DNA of 64,000 bases from a virus (IMGVR_UViG_3300005841_000939); one strand, 5' to 3'. Counted from the stretch's first letter, positions 38,645 through 47,748 are shown. Notes: a model not told the origin generated them from the letters alone. Translations and numbers: made by a program.

Positions 38645-39049
38645 TTATTGATCTGTCCAGCTTACTTCGTAAACGCCAAAACCAGCTTCCTTGATGTAAT
38701 TGATCTTAGGGCGTTTTTCGTTTTCAAACAATGTACACATTTTCAAAAGTACCAAATTTTCTGGACCTTTGAACTTCTTTGCTTGTGTTTCAGCCTTGTA
38801 TTTTTCAGTTAAGAATTTCTTAGCACGACGACTATCAAATTGACCATTAGGTTCTTCTTCAGTTGACTTTTCAAATGTATCAACCTTTGGACGATTTGAT
38901 GCAGGAGCTGCTGTTTCCTGAATTACTTTTCTATTTTGTTGCTGTGGTTGCTTTTGGCCACCATTTTGATTCATCATTGCACGCCAACCCGCTGTTACTT
39001 TGCGTGTTTCGTCTGATGCGCCACCGCCCGAGGGAGTAATAACTGACAT
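38645..39049 (-). CDS. Hypothetical protein (IQE/LTE/LFE motifs, virion-like)
   Basis: 134-aa ORF. Confidence 0.55.
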   Translation of the reverse strand: MSVITPSGGGASDETRKVTAGWRAMMNQNGGQKQPQQQNRKVIQETAAPASNRPKVDTFEKSTEEEPNGQFDSRRAKKFLTEKYKAETQAKKFKGPENLVLLKMCTLFENEKRPKINYIKEAGFGVYEVSWTDQ

Positions 39050-39051
39050 AA

Positions 39052-39819
39052 TTAGATACCTTTCTTTCCTACATGAATAACCATACCTTCATTAACATCT
39101 CCTGGGAGAATAATTTCTTGACGTGCTCTTGCACGACGCAAAACATTGTTTTGAGGTTCCATGACTTTACCTCCCATTATAAGAGATTCCATCATCTTAG
39201 TAAATGCTGGAACATAAAGTAAAGTCTTATCTGGACTAACCTTAGTTTCCATAATATAATGATCTTCAAAGTTTTCTGCCAAATTATTTGCAGAATGTTT
39301 TTCCACATGCCAAATCTTGGGAGCATCGCCACTACGCTTTGCTACTTTACCAATTTCTTCATCAAATTGTTCTCTAATGGCATAGACGGGGAAATGCCCC
39401 TTTGGCAAATGATTGATAGATTCTTGTTGAACCCAACGCTTTAATTGAGGATAATCTTCCATCAAATCTAAAGCTTCAGTCAAGTGTTTAACCTTATTTT
39501 CATTAAGATAATCAACTATATGTTTTAGGAAAGTTTCTTTTAAAGAAAGACGATATTCACCCTGCATGAATTCGCGAGGATCTTCTTCAATAATTTCCTC
39601 ATCTTTACCTGTTTTTGACTTATTACGCTTATCACCTTGTCGTTCTTTACGTTTACGTATTTTATCTCGTAAACGAGTCAACCCAGGAGTTTCTGTTACT
39701 CCTGGGTTGAATCCGGTTGTACCACCAAAGCCTTCTAAAAAGACTTCTTGAAGTCGTTCCTTAAGAGTTTTGGGCTTCTGCTCCATTGATAGCTCCAAGA
39801 ACACCCTTTTGGGTGTCAT
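39052..39819 (-). CDS. Hypothetical protein (LQE/FLE/LNE/LTE motifs, virion-like)
   Basis: Long ORF; the true start may be MEQKPK. Confidence 0.55.
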   Translation of the reverse strand: MTPKRVFLELSMEQKPKTLKERLQEVFLEGFGGTTGFNPGVTETPGLTRLRDKIRKRKERQGDKRNKSKTGKDEEIIEEDPREFMQGEYRLSLKETFLKHIVDYLNENKVKHLTEALDLMEDYPQLKRWVQQESINHLPKGHFPVYAIREQFDEEIGKVAKRSGDAPKIWHVEKHSANNLAENFEDHYIMETKVSPDKTLLYVPAFTKMMESLIMGGKVMEPQNNVLRRARARQEIILPGDVNEGMVIHVGKKGI

Positions 39820-40252
39820 CAGAACTATTTATAGCATTTCCTGGCGAAAACTCTTGTTCGATCACATCCTTGAAGTAATCACGGAACTTTTCGTAACCAA
39901 TGGTGTTCATGATTTCTTCAGGAGCCATGTGATCCAAATAGAATGGCTTTACCGTTGCCCATGGCAGATGATCCAAAAGAAGCAATTCGTCGTAACATTC
40001 AGTCAAAGTTTCAATACCAATAACCTTGCACAGGAATTTCTTGGTGTTGGTGTCATTGATGAATTCGTAAATCAATTCCGAAGTCATGGCCTGCTTGATG
40101 AATTCAATAGCAGAGCATTCAATCTTGATGTACTTGAAGCCATCCTTGTCAAATGTATTCAAGATTTCTGCTGGAAGATGGATACGCATATTGCCTTCCT
40201 TCTTCTCATCAGTTGTTTTGGTGTCTTGTTTGGTATCTGATGTATCAGACAT
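39761..40252 (-). CDS. Hypothetical acidic protein
   Basis: The ATG at 40252 (MSDTSD) has an AAAAGGA RBS; the body is GC-richer than its neighbours. Confidence 0.55.
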   Translation of the reverse strand: MSDTSDTKQDTKTTDEKKEGNMRIHLPAEILNTFDKDGFKYIKIECSAIEFIKQAMTSELIYEFINDTNTKKFLCKVIGIETLTECYDELLLLDHLPWATVKPFYLDHMAPEEIMNTIGYEKFRDYFKDVIEQEFSPGNAINSSDDTQKGVLGAINGAEAQNS

Positions 40253-40254
40253 AT

Positions 40255-41727
40255 TTATTCCTTTTCTAGGCAAACATCACATTTGCCGCATGGTTTTGTT
40301 AATGATCTATCACCGAAGTATGTAAGAACTTGCAGAAGACGACAGTCTGACCTATTGTCTACTAAATTCACCATATCTTGTAGAAGTTTGATTTTATGGT
40401 TTTTTCTCTTTTGTAAAGTATCAAATTTTGGATGATTTTCATCAATACGGTCTACATATTTAACCTTATACATACCTTTACCTTCAGTCTCAACAATACC
40501 AAACAGCTTTAATGCTGTGATTGATCCACTGATGAAGTCGCCTTTTATTTCAGCTTCTTCGGCCATTTGTGCTTGTGTCTTATTGACAATTGACCCATGT
40601 TTAGCTTCAAAATTCAAATATTCCCATAACTTGATAATAGTATCCTTATCAGGGAATCTCATATTGATGAAAAGATTTTGCAGATACATATCCTGGCCCA
40701 TATTCACAAACGTATCGCAATATGATTCTGCGCCATCACGGCCCGCTCTACCAATTTCTTGATACCATGCTTCAATCGTTCCTGGCATACCAGCATGAAT
40801 TACATAACGAACATCCGATTTATCTACACCCATGCCAAATGAACATGTTGCAATAATTGGACCACCTACTTCAAACCAATCATTCTGAATCTGTTCACGC
40901 TCTTTTGACCCTAAACCAGCATGATAAACTCTAGCATGTGTACCAAATCGTTTTATTCCCATCGCAATATCTTCTGCGTTATTTCTTGTACCAGAATAAA
41001 TGATTCCAGTGGGCATACCCTTTTCTACATAATCTATAGCTTGACGAATTACTGTATTATCTCGTTCACCTTTACCTTTTAAAGATGTTATATTAATATT
41101 TAAATTTGACCTGAAGAATCCTTGAACAAATTTCTTTGCATTATGAATTCCAAGTTGAATGACAATATCTTGCTGAACAGTTTTAGTTGCAGTTGCTGTT
41201 ACTGCGATGACTTGTTTTGGTTTTAAACGTTTTATTACTTCACCCAACTTACGATATGTTGGACGAAAATCTTGACCGTATTGTGAAATGCAGTGACTTT
41301 CATCAACTGCGAAAATATTAATTCCAGTTTCTGCAAGCATTGTCAAAAATGCTTCATCTTCAAATCTTTCAGGAGCAACATATAAAATATCAACAATTCC
41401 AAAAAGAATTCCGGCTCGTACCGATTCTTTTTCTTTTGCATTCATTGATGAATTATAGTATTGAGCACTAACACCTTTTCTCTTCAATGTATCAACTTGA
41501 TCTTGCATCAAAGAAATAAGTGGTGAAATAACAATGCTTAATCCTTCCATCATTAACGATGGAATCTGAAATAGTAAACTTTTACCCTTGCCTGTTGGAA
41601 GAATTGCCAATATACCTTTATTTGTTTCATAATCTAGAGCAGCGTCAATAATTTCGCCCTGCCCCTCTCTAAAAGTTTCGTATTTAAAAACTTCTGTTAA
41701 TACTTCTTCTTTTGTTTTATAAGCCAT
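40255..41727 (-). CDS. recQ: RecQ-family DNA helicase
   Basis: PTGKGKSLLFQ, SPLISLMQDQV, VDESHCISQYGQDFRP, ATAT, YHAGL, FGMGVDK, QEIGRAGRDG and a Zn-binding CR...CGKCDVC; no HRDC domain. Confidence 0.92.
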   Translation of the reverse strand: MAYKTKEEVLTEVFKYETFREGQGEIIDAALDYETNKGILAILPTGKGKSLLFQIPSLMMEGLSIVISPLISLMQDQVDTLKRKGVSAQYYNSSMNAKEKESVRAGILFGIVDILYVAPERFEDEAFLTMLAETGINIFAVDESHCISQYGQDFRPTYRKLGEVIKRLKPKQVIAVTATATKTVQQDIVIQLGIHNAKKFVQGFFRSNLNINITSLKGKGERDNTVIRQAIDYVEKGMPTGIIYSGTRNNAEDIAMGIKRFGTHARVYHAGLGSKEREQIQNDWFEVGGPIIATCSFGMGVDKSDVRYVIHAGMPGTIEAWYQEIGRAGRDGAESYCDTFVNMGQDMYLQNLFINMRFPDKDTIIKLWEYLNFEAKHGSIVNKTQAQMAEEAEIKGDFISGSITALKLFGIVETEGKGMYKVKYVDRIDENHPKFDTLQKRKNHKIKLLQDMVNLVDNRSDCRLLQVLTYFGDRSLTKPCGKCDVCLEKE

Positions 41728-41737
41728 TCATTTGATT

Positions 41738-42463
41738 TTATCCATGAGCTAACGCTAAACAATACGCAGTTTTCTTGATTTCAGCGTGCAGATTAGCTCT
41801 TGCCTTTGATTCAAATGGCTTGAAGGCATCAGTACGATATAAGGAAGTTCTCTTATCTAATTGATTGAGAAAATCAAGTCTTCCAGTATATAATGCTTTA
41901 GGTTCATAAAGATCAGAAAATTCAGCAATAATTGCTTTATTCATTTCATCAAAATCTTCTGTATCCGCAGCAAATCCAGCAAGGTCAATATCCATCAAAA
42001 GATTGACATTTTGTTTATGAACGCCTTGGTCATCCCACCAAGCACACAGCGTGTCCTTGAGATGTTCAGATGTTGCTGAAATATAATTGTAAAGATAAAT
42101 TCCTTCCTGTTTAGAAATAAATTTATCCATAATTGCAATTGCAAAGTTAGCTGAATTCTCTTCATTCTTTTTATTTCCAGGGATATAGATGGCATCGTGG
42201 AATAAGAATGCTAATCCAACTTCTTTATTAACATCAATTTTGTTTTTATTGCAAAAATCAACACACCATGCAAGATGCGCAACGGTATGATAATGAACAT
42301 TATCATGATTCATTGAAAATGTCACCAAGTCAACAATCCACGCTATATAAACTTCATCAATTTTATATTCATCTAAAACGTTTCCAAAAAAATTAAGTAT
42401 TATAAGCCTTGTGTTATCAAAATCCGAAGAATCTTGAGTATCATGAATATCGTAAAATTTCAT
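41738..42463 (-). CDS. HD-superfamily metal-dependent phosphohydrolase
   Basis: YHTVAHL, FHDAIY, NEENSA and MDIDLA motifs. Confidence 0.8.
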   Translation of the reverse strand: MKFYDIHDTQDSSDFDNTRLIILNFFGNVLDEYKIDEVYIAWIVDLVTFSMNHDNVHYHTVAHLAWCVDFCNKNKIDVNKEVGLAFLFHDAIYIPGNKKNEENSANFAIAIMDKFISKQEGIYLYNYISATSEHLKDTLCAWWDDQGVHKQNVNLLMDIDLAGFAADTEDFDEMNKAIIAEFSDLYEPKALYTGRLDFLNQLDKRTSLYRTDAFKPFESKARANLHAEIKKTAYCLALAHG

Positions 42464-42466
42464 AAG

Positions 42467-42967
42467 TCACTTAAATTTATAAATGGTTGTGGGGATGTCG
42501 TTATTGATCCAAATTTCTTGGATCAAGGCTTCAAGGATATTCCAATCGCCACCAGCTAAACCAGCACCAAACATAGGAGCATGAATTGATCCTCCATTTT
42601 TTGATACTACTTTACGAACACGGTCCATAGCTTGAGCAACAGCCAAATATCTGATTGGAGCATTACCCTTTTCATCTTGCCCCATCATATGCTGGCCGAT
42701 CATATTGCAGATGATTGTATTTTTAGGTTCTACTTGAACGTATTGGACTTGACCCAAGGCAAATGGAATGCTGGTATCACCGACTTTCCAAATCTTGTCG
42801 CTATGCCATTTCTTATAGTTTACCCTGGGAGCATCCCAACGGGCATTTAAAGCAGCAACAAACCCACTTCCATAACCACCAATATCATTGCAAACATGGG
42901 GAATGAATTTAAGTCCTTCAACGACTGATTCTAAACAGTCTCCTTCAACATAATTGATGATGCTCAT
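42467..42967 (-). CDS. Macrodomain protein (TARG1/DarG-like ADP-ribose hydrolase)
   Basis: YVEGD, HVCNDIGGYGSGFVAAL, NMIGQH and PMFGAGLAGGDW motifs. Confidence 0.85.
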   Translation of the reverse strand: MSIINYVEGDCLESVVEGLKFIPHVCNDIGGYGSGFVAALNARWDAPRVNYKKWHSDKIWKVGDTSIPFALGQVQYVQVEPKNTIICNMIGQHMMGQDEKGNAPIRYLAVAQAMDRVRKVVSKNGGSIHAPMFGAGLAGGDWNILEALIQEIWINNDIPTTIYKFK

Positions 42968-43194
42968 GGAAAAAATTGCCAATTCTCATCAGGACTGTAT
43001 TCACCTGCTTCAGCATCAAAGCCTGGTTGATTAAAACCAAACTCATGAAGTTTTTTCAAATCTTCTTCTGAAACCGGCTTTTGGGTAGCGTAGACGTATA
43101 TAATATCGTGATCAGCATCAACGTGATGGTCATCAGGATTATCATAATACTTTTGAAGGATTTTTAGACCTTCAATTATCTCATTGAGTTTCAT
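42964..43194 (-). CDS. Hypothetical acidic protein
   Basis: 76-aa ORF with ATGA overlaps to its neighbours. Confidence 0.55.
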   Translation of the reverse strand: MKLNEIIEGLKILQKYYDNPDDHHVDADHDIIYVYATQKPVSEEDLKKLHEFGFNQPGFDAEAGEYSPDENWQFFP

Positions 43195-43748
43195 AGCCCA
43201 AATTGCTTTGTTAATTCTGCGATTGTTGGGAGGAATTTATCTTTCAACCGCTCATCATCAATTTTGAAAATTTGCAGGACGAATATACCGTGATTGATTT
43301 CTTTTTGCTTGATCTTTCTTTTTGATGTCACCAATGTCATATTATATTGGTGTGCAACTTGAGATAGACCGGCCATCATGGTCATATCCTTATTCATGGA
43401 AAGTGGCCACCAGAATAAATCAACGAAGATACGTTCCTGAGTCTCTATGGTATTGTATTGGTTCATACGACGCACGGCATCGCTGTTCAAAAAATCATCC
43501 CAAAATTCATCACTATCAATGAATTTGTCACCCATTTCAGCTTTGAACAAGCCAACACAACTATTCCAATGAACGCTTAATTCAAAATTTGCAAAAGCAA
43601 CAGCCTCATTCAAGAGTTTTTCAAGAGGACTTACCGGGATTTGGGAGAAGTCGCTAATTGGTTCATTTTCCTGATACTCATGATTATCTTGCATATGGGT
43701 GGCTTTCTGATTCGCTTTTGATGATAGTCGTTCAAAACGCACTGTCAA
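43191..43748 (-). CDS. Hypothetical protein (start possibly MQDNHE)
   Basis: Long ORF with GC-richer codon usage. Confidence 0.5.
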   Translation of the reverse strand: MTVRFERLSSKANQKATHMQDNHEYQENEPISDFSQIPVSPLEKLLNEAVAFANFELSVHWNSCVGLFKAEMGDKFIDSDEFWDDFLNSDAVRRMNQYNTIETQERIFVDLFWWPLSMNKDMTMMAGLSQVAHQYNMTLVTSKRKIKQKEINHGIFVLQIFKIDDERLKDKFLPTIAELTKQFGL

Positions 43749-43817
43749 ATAGTGTCCTGTTGCACTTTAAAATGCAACACATCATGCAACTGACACATTT
43801 GAAACAGACTAAACCAT

Positions 43818-43857
43818 TAAAAAAGAAAACCCTTGACAAATTTCTCTGTCAAGGGTT
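43818..43857 (-). terminator. Rho-independent terminator after the tRNA cluster
   Basis: AACCCTTGACA-loop-TGTCAAGGGTT followed by a T-run on the minus strand. Confidence 0.7.
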
Positions 43858-43862
43858 CTTTA

Positions 43863-43940
43863 TGGAGCGTTTACCGGGATTTGAACCCGGACCGTCAGCT
43901 TGGAAGGCTGTAATGCTAGCCGTTAAAACACCATAAACGC
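43863..43940 (-). tRNA. tRNA-Gly(TCC)
   Basis: GCGTTTA...CAGCC-TTCCAA-GCTG...GGTTCAAATCC...TAAACGC-T-CCA cloverleaf with encoded CCA. Confidence 0.92.
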
Positions 43941-43945
43941 ACACT

Positions 43946-44021
43946 TGGTAGCCCCAGGGGGATTTGAACCCCCGTATCATGACTGAAAATCATGCGTACT
44001 AGGCCGCTGTACGATGGGGCC
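43946..44021 (-). tRNA. tRNA-Glu(TTC)
   Basis: GGCCCCA...CATGA-TTTTCAG-TCATG...GGTTCAAATCC...TGGGGCT-A-CCA. Confidence 0.92.
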
Positions 44022-44094
44022 ATAATAATCTCAACAAAGTTTGCTCAAGTTATATTTTTTAGCGATGTAAACTTGTGCTGCATTTGAGATTAAA

Positions 44095-44171
<77 letters not shown>

Positions 44172-44235
44172 TTGGGAATTTAATTTGCGTTCATGTCTCA
44201 GTTGTCAAAATCTCACCATTACTGGCTTGATGGTA

Positions 44236-44243
44236 TATTTATA
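44236..44243 (-). promoter_or_regulatory. T4-late-type promoter TATAAATA upstream of the tRNA cluster
   Basis: Exact match overlapping the stop of 44239..44472, about 65 nt before tRNA-Met. Confidence 0.4.
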
Positions 44244-44472
44244 CCAGATTTACATCATATGTCAACTGGCTTTTATTCTCTAATCGTTCACCCAATAAAT
44301 GATGTAAGGTACCCATGTCCTCAACAGTAGCATCGCGCCATGTCTTATAAGGTCTTCCAGGTGAGCAATCATCGTAACAATCCAAAGTTGAGGTTTCATA
44401 TTCAACTTGAAGGATTAAAACCTTGCTGAAAGGCCAACGACTTTTTCTAAAACGAAGTTTTCCAGTCATCAT
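44239..44472 (-). CDS. Small hypothetical protein, TGxxR...LQVE...WxDA family copy 1
   Basis: TGKLRFR...LILQVEY...WRDATVEDM. Confidence 0.6.
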   Translation of the reverse strand: MMTGKLRFRKSRWPFSKVLILQVEYETSTLDCYDDCSPGRPYKTWRDATVEDMGTLHHLLGERLENKSQLTYDVNLV

Positions 44473-44768
44473 ACTATTTGTCTCTTTAGCTTATTTATTT
44501 CTTCTTTGAAAAAAACGATTCTACGCCTAATATCAGCATTATGCATCTTAATAGCTTCTTTTTTCGTCTTTGCAAAATATCTTGTAATTGAACTTTTATC
44601 AATCAAATGCGATATGCGACCATCAGGCCAATGTACATCAAAACAATCTTCAAGCATGATTGATTGTGTTGTACGAACTTTTACTAGTTTTTCTGAATCA
44701 TAAAGTATCATAATGTTGTACCTAAAAATATTTGTGAAATGGTAGAAATTGTTGTGTCTTTCCACCAA
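44469..44768 (-). CDS. Hypothetical protein
   Basis: ORF coupled to its neighbours; the true start is probably internal (MILYD). Confidence 0.45.
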   Translation of the reverse strand: MVERHNNFYHFTNIFRYNIMILYDSEKLVKVRTTQSIMLEDCFDVHWPDGRISHLIDKSSITRYFAKTKKEAIKMHNADIRRRIVFFKEEINKLKRQIV

Positions 44769-45091
44769 TAAACGTGTTCACTAACAAAACCACCATATTT
44801 AGTCAATTCATGTTGAACAACTAATTTACCAAAAGATTCCCTAACCCTAACATTACCAGTTATGCATGTCGCTATTCCAGAGCCATTTCCGAATTTATAT
44901 TTCGGAAGTCTTTTCATCACATCGTTTAAATGTTCAACTTTTGCATCTTCCCAACGAGTAGAATTAAGAATGTCATTATCAACAGGAATTGAGGTTTCAT
45001 ACTTTGTGCCAATTTCAATTTGCACAATCACTTTCTTAAAAAGACCTAGTCTTTTTACATTAAATCTAAAATTTCCTGTCAAATATTCCAT
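44708..45091 (-). CDS. Hypothetical protein containing two copies of the TGxxR...Q.E...WxD domain
   Basis: TGNFRF...IVQIEI...WEDAKVEHL and TGNVRVR...LVVQHEL...WKDTTI. Confidence 0.6.
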   Translation of the reverse strand: MEYLTGNFRFNVKRLGLFKKVIVQIEIGTKYETSIPVDNDILNSTRWEDAKVEHLNDVMKRLPKYKFGNGSGIATCITGNVRVRESFGKLVVQHELTKYGGFVSEHVYWWKDTTISTISQIFLGTTL

Positions 45092-46314
45092 CAGCGAATA
45101 TCAATCCTAAATAACGATTTTTTACCATGACGAATAACAATGCTATTTTTCACAATATCGTTATCAGTCACAATGTATGTCATATCATTGATTTTTACAT
45201 CGTTGACAGAAATTGAATTTTCCTTGATCATTCTCTGACCTTCTGAATTTGATTGGGCAATTCCAATCTCTCTCAGTAACATTTTTAATTGTATACCAGT
45301 TTTAATGTCTTCAATTGAAATTACCTTACTTGGAATATTTTCTCCAGTCACATCTCCTGATTTTTTAAATCCTGATTTAATATCATACATTGTCCGACGG
45401 GCAGTAGGTTCACTGCGAACCATTGAGGTTACATCATATGCCAAAATTTCTTTAGCATGATTGATGTCAGTAGAAACCATTTCACTAATTTCTTTCAAAG
45501 GACGCATCGTTAAAAAACGTAGAAGTTTTTCAACATCTTTATCTGGCACATTGCGCCAGAATTGGAAGAAATCAAAATTAGAAGTCAGTTTTTCATCCAA
45601 CCAAATGTTTCCAGTTTCACTTTTTCCAAACTTCTTTCCATTTGATTGAGTAAGCAATGGAAATGTCAATCCGTATGTACGTTGAGAAAACTTTTTACGA
45701 ATCAAATCAATTCCCATAATGATATTACCCCATTGATCTTGACCACCTATTTGAATCGTACAACCATGCATAAAATTCAAATAATAAAAATCATATGCTT
45801 GCATCAACATATAATTGAATTCAAGTGCAGTCAAACCTGTACTCAGACGACTTTTAACTGAATCCATACTAAGCATATGAGCAACACTGAAATGCGGCCC
45901 AATAATTCGTAACATATCAACCCATGGAACTTTATTAAGCCATCCACTATTATTTAAGAAAAAATGATAATATGGATTTTCAACATCATAACAATCGCGC
46001 AATTGTCTTTCAATGAGTTGCGCATTCGTATCAACCTCCTCAACAGTAAGCATCTTTCTAGATTCTGATTTTCCAGAAGGATCACCAATTAAGGCAGTTG
46101 CTCCACCAATAAGAGAAATAGTCCTATGATTGCATTTTTGTAACCATTTCATACACATGATAGGAACAAGACTACCAACATGCAAACTGGATGCAGTAGG
46201 ATCAAATCCACAATATGCAGTAATTTGTTTATTAACTTCAAAATATTCTCGTAAATTATCATCAGTGGTCTGAAAAATCAAACCACGTTCAGCCATAATA
46301 TCATAAAAATTCAT
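45091..46314 (-). CDS. tyrS: Tyrosine--tRNA ligase
   Basis: YCGFDPTASSLHVGS (HIGH-like), GGATALIGDPSGK, QAYDF, QIGGQDQWGNI, KFGKS and a C-terminal S4-like domain. Confidence 0.95.
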   Translation of the reverse strand: MNFYDIMAERGLIFQTTDDNLREYFEVNKQITAYCGFDPTASSLHVGSLVPIMCMKWLQKCNHRTISLIGGATALIGDPSGKSESRKMLTVEEVDTNAQLIERQLRDCYDVENPYYHFFLNNSGWLNKVPWVDMLRIIGPHFSVAHMLSMDSVKSRLSTGLTALEFNYMLMQAYDFYYLNFMHGCTIQIGGQDQWGNIIMGIDLIRKKFSQRTYGLTFPLLTQSNGKKFGKSETGNIWLDEKLTSNFDFFQFWRNVPDKDVEKLLRFLTMRPLKEISEMVSTDINHAKEILAYDVTSMVRSEPTARRTMYDIKSGFKKSGDVTGENIPSKVISIEDIKTGIQLKMLLREIGIAQSNSEGQRMIKENSISVNDVKINDMTYIVTDNDIVKNSIVIRHGKKSLFRIDIR

Positions 46315-46319
46315 AAAGA

Positions 46320-46520
46320 TTATTCTTTCGGATTAAGCATTTCTAACAAATTCAATTCTGTCAAATCTTCAATAGATGCATCACACCACACCGGAGATTG
46401 GAAGATTTGCACCACTAAAACTATTTTATCATAATCAGGCTGTTGCACTCCTGGAATTTTTCCTCCAGGAACTTTAATTGTTTGCGGACGAAGTCTGAAT
46501 TTAGCGGCCATAACGTCCAC
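46320..46520 (-). CDS. Small hypothetical protein, divergent copy of the ...LVVQ...WxDAxxED family
   Basis: KFRLR...LVVQIF...WCDASIEDL; start probably the ATG at 46511. Confidence 0.5.
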   Translation of the reverse strand: MDVMAAKFRLRPQTIKVPGGKIPGVQQPDYDKIVLVVQIFQSPVWCDASIEDLTELNLLEMLNPKE

Positions 46521-47742
46521 TCCTGTTGAATGGGTTTAGAGGATGATATGATTCCCGTCTACCATCTTTATCCCAGGGATTCAGAAGACAGATTGGAACG
46601 TAAATGCCAATATACACAACCTGGATGAGAATCAACCACCAAGCTTTTTCCATTGGAATTTCAGGATCAAGATAATCAAACTTCTTCCAATTCTTGATCG
46701 CATAATTAGTTTCAATTTCTTTTTGAATCGCTGGAAGGGTCTTATCAGTCAACCCATATTTTAAAACATAGGTCTGAATGTTTACTTTCATCAAATCGGA
46801 TTCAGTCCACCCAAAAACTCTGCACCAATCAGGCTTTGCTGAATCTTTTCCTCCAGTTACAATGACAACATCGTTCTTTTTACCGCCAAACCATTTGGTT
46901 TCCAAATCTTGAGAAAGTGAACTGTCGCCATCAAATCCAACAAGAATTAAATTACAATGCTTCTGCGGCCCAATGATAGCATTGACCTGAGACAGCTTCC
47001 AAGAATTAACTTGAACAGTTCCCAGCACACGATTATTACTAAATTGATCAGTTGGCATTGGATAATCAAACAATGCAGGGTTCTTTTGGATTGTTTCCGA
47101 ATATTTGAAAACTGATGAACATGCTTTAACTCGGTTTTCCCAAGTCTTGATAGTTGTCGTCGGATAAACGTAATTATTTGCATTGATAGCAAAATAATCG
47201 TTTGGATCACCAGCAATCATTCTGCTGTTGTGCTCGGTTGTTCTACGATCTCCTGGACGAGCATCTTCGTGGCCGAACTTTGCCAAAATATTTTGATACC
47301 GAGAAGAATCAGTATCATGAGAACCTTCTAAGGTGTCCCAATAATACCAAGAATCGCCATGCCATCGTGTGGTAGGTTCCCAATGATCAAAAACTTTGGT
47401 TTCCCGACGCTCTTTATGCGATCCTGATTTGTATCTACGTCCTTTTGAATCAATTGAATAATCGGCAACATCTTCGTAATAATATTCGGTTCTATAAACC
47501 GCATATTCATAATATTCTTTCCACTTCGGAATAAATTGTGCTTGTGTTACTTGGCCCGACCAAACTTCTTGATCTTCTGTTGCGAAATAAACGCAAGCCT
47601 TATAGAAACAGAAGCTGATTACGATTGAAAGAACTGATGAAATCAGTGCCTCAAGAATATGCATTTTCTTGGTAAAGAGAAAAAGAAACACTGCTACCGA
47701 AATTGGTAGCAGTGCCAGAAACATGCACATCCACATGGACAT
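46501..47742 (-). CDS. Membrane protein with a possible TPM-like soluble domain
   Basis: Two N-terminal and one C-terminal TM segments; CNLILV...WFGGKKNDVVIV motif. Confidence 0.6.
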   Translation of the reverse strand: MSMWMCMFLALLPISVAVFLFLFTKKMHILEALISSVLSIVISFCFYKACVYFATEDQEVWSGQVTQAQFIPKWKEYYEYAVYRTEYYYEDVADYSIDSKGRRYKSGSHKERRETKVFDHWEPTTRWHGDSWYYWDTLEGSHDTDSSRYQNILAKFGHEDARPGDRRTTEHNSRMIAGDPNDYFAINANNYVYPTTTIKTWENRVKACSSVFKYSETIQKNPALFDYPMPTDQFSNNRVLGTVQVNSWKLSQVNAIIGPQKHCNLILVGFDGDSSLSQDLETKWFGGKKNDVVIVTGGKDSAKPDWCRVFGWTESDLMKVNIQTYVLKYGLTDKTLPAIQKEIETNYAIKNWKKFDYLDPEIPMEKAWWLILIQVVYIGIYVPICLLNPWDKDGRRESYHPLNPFNRSGRYGR

Positions 47743-47748
47743 GATATT

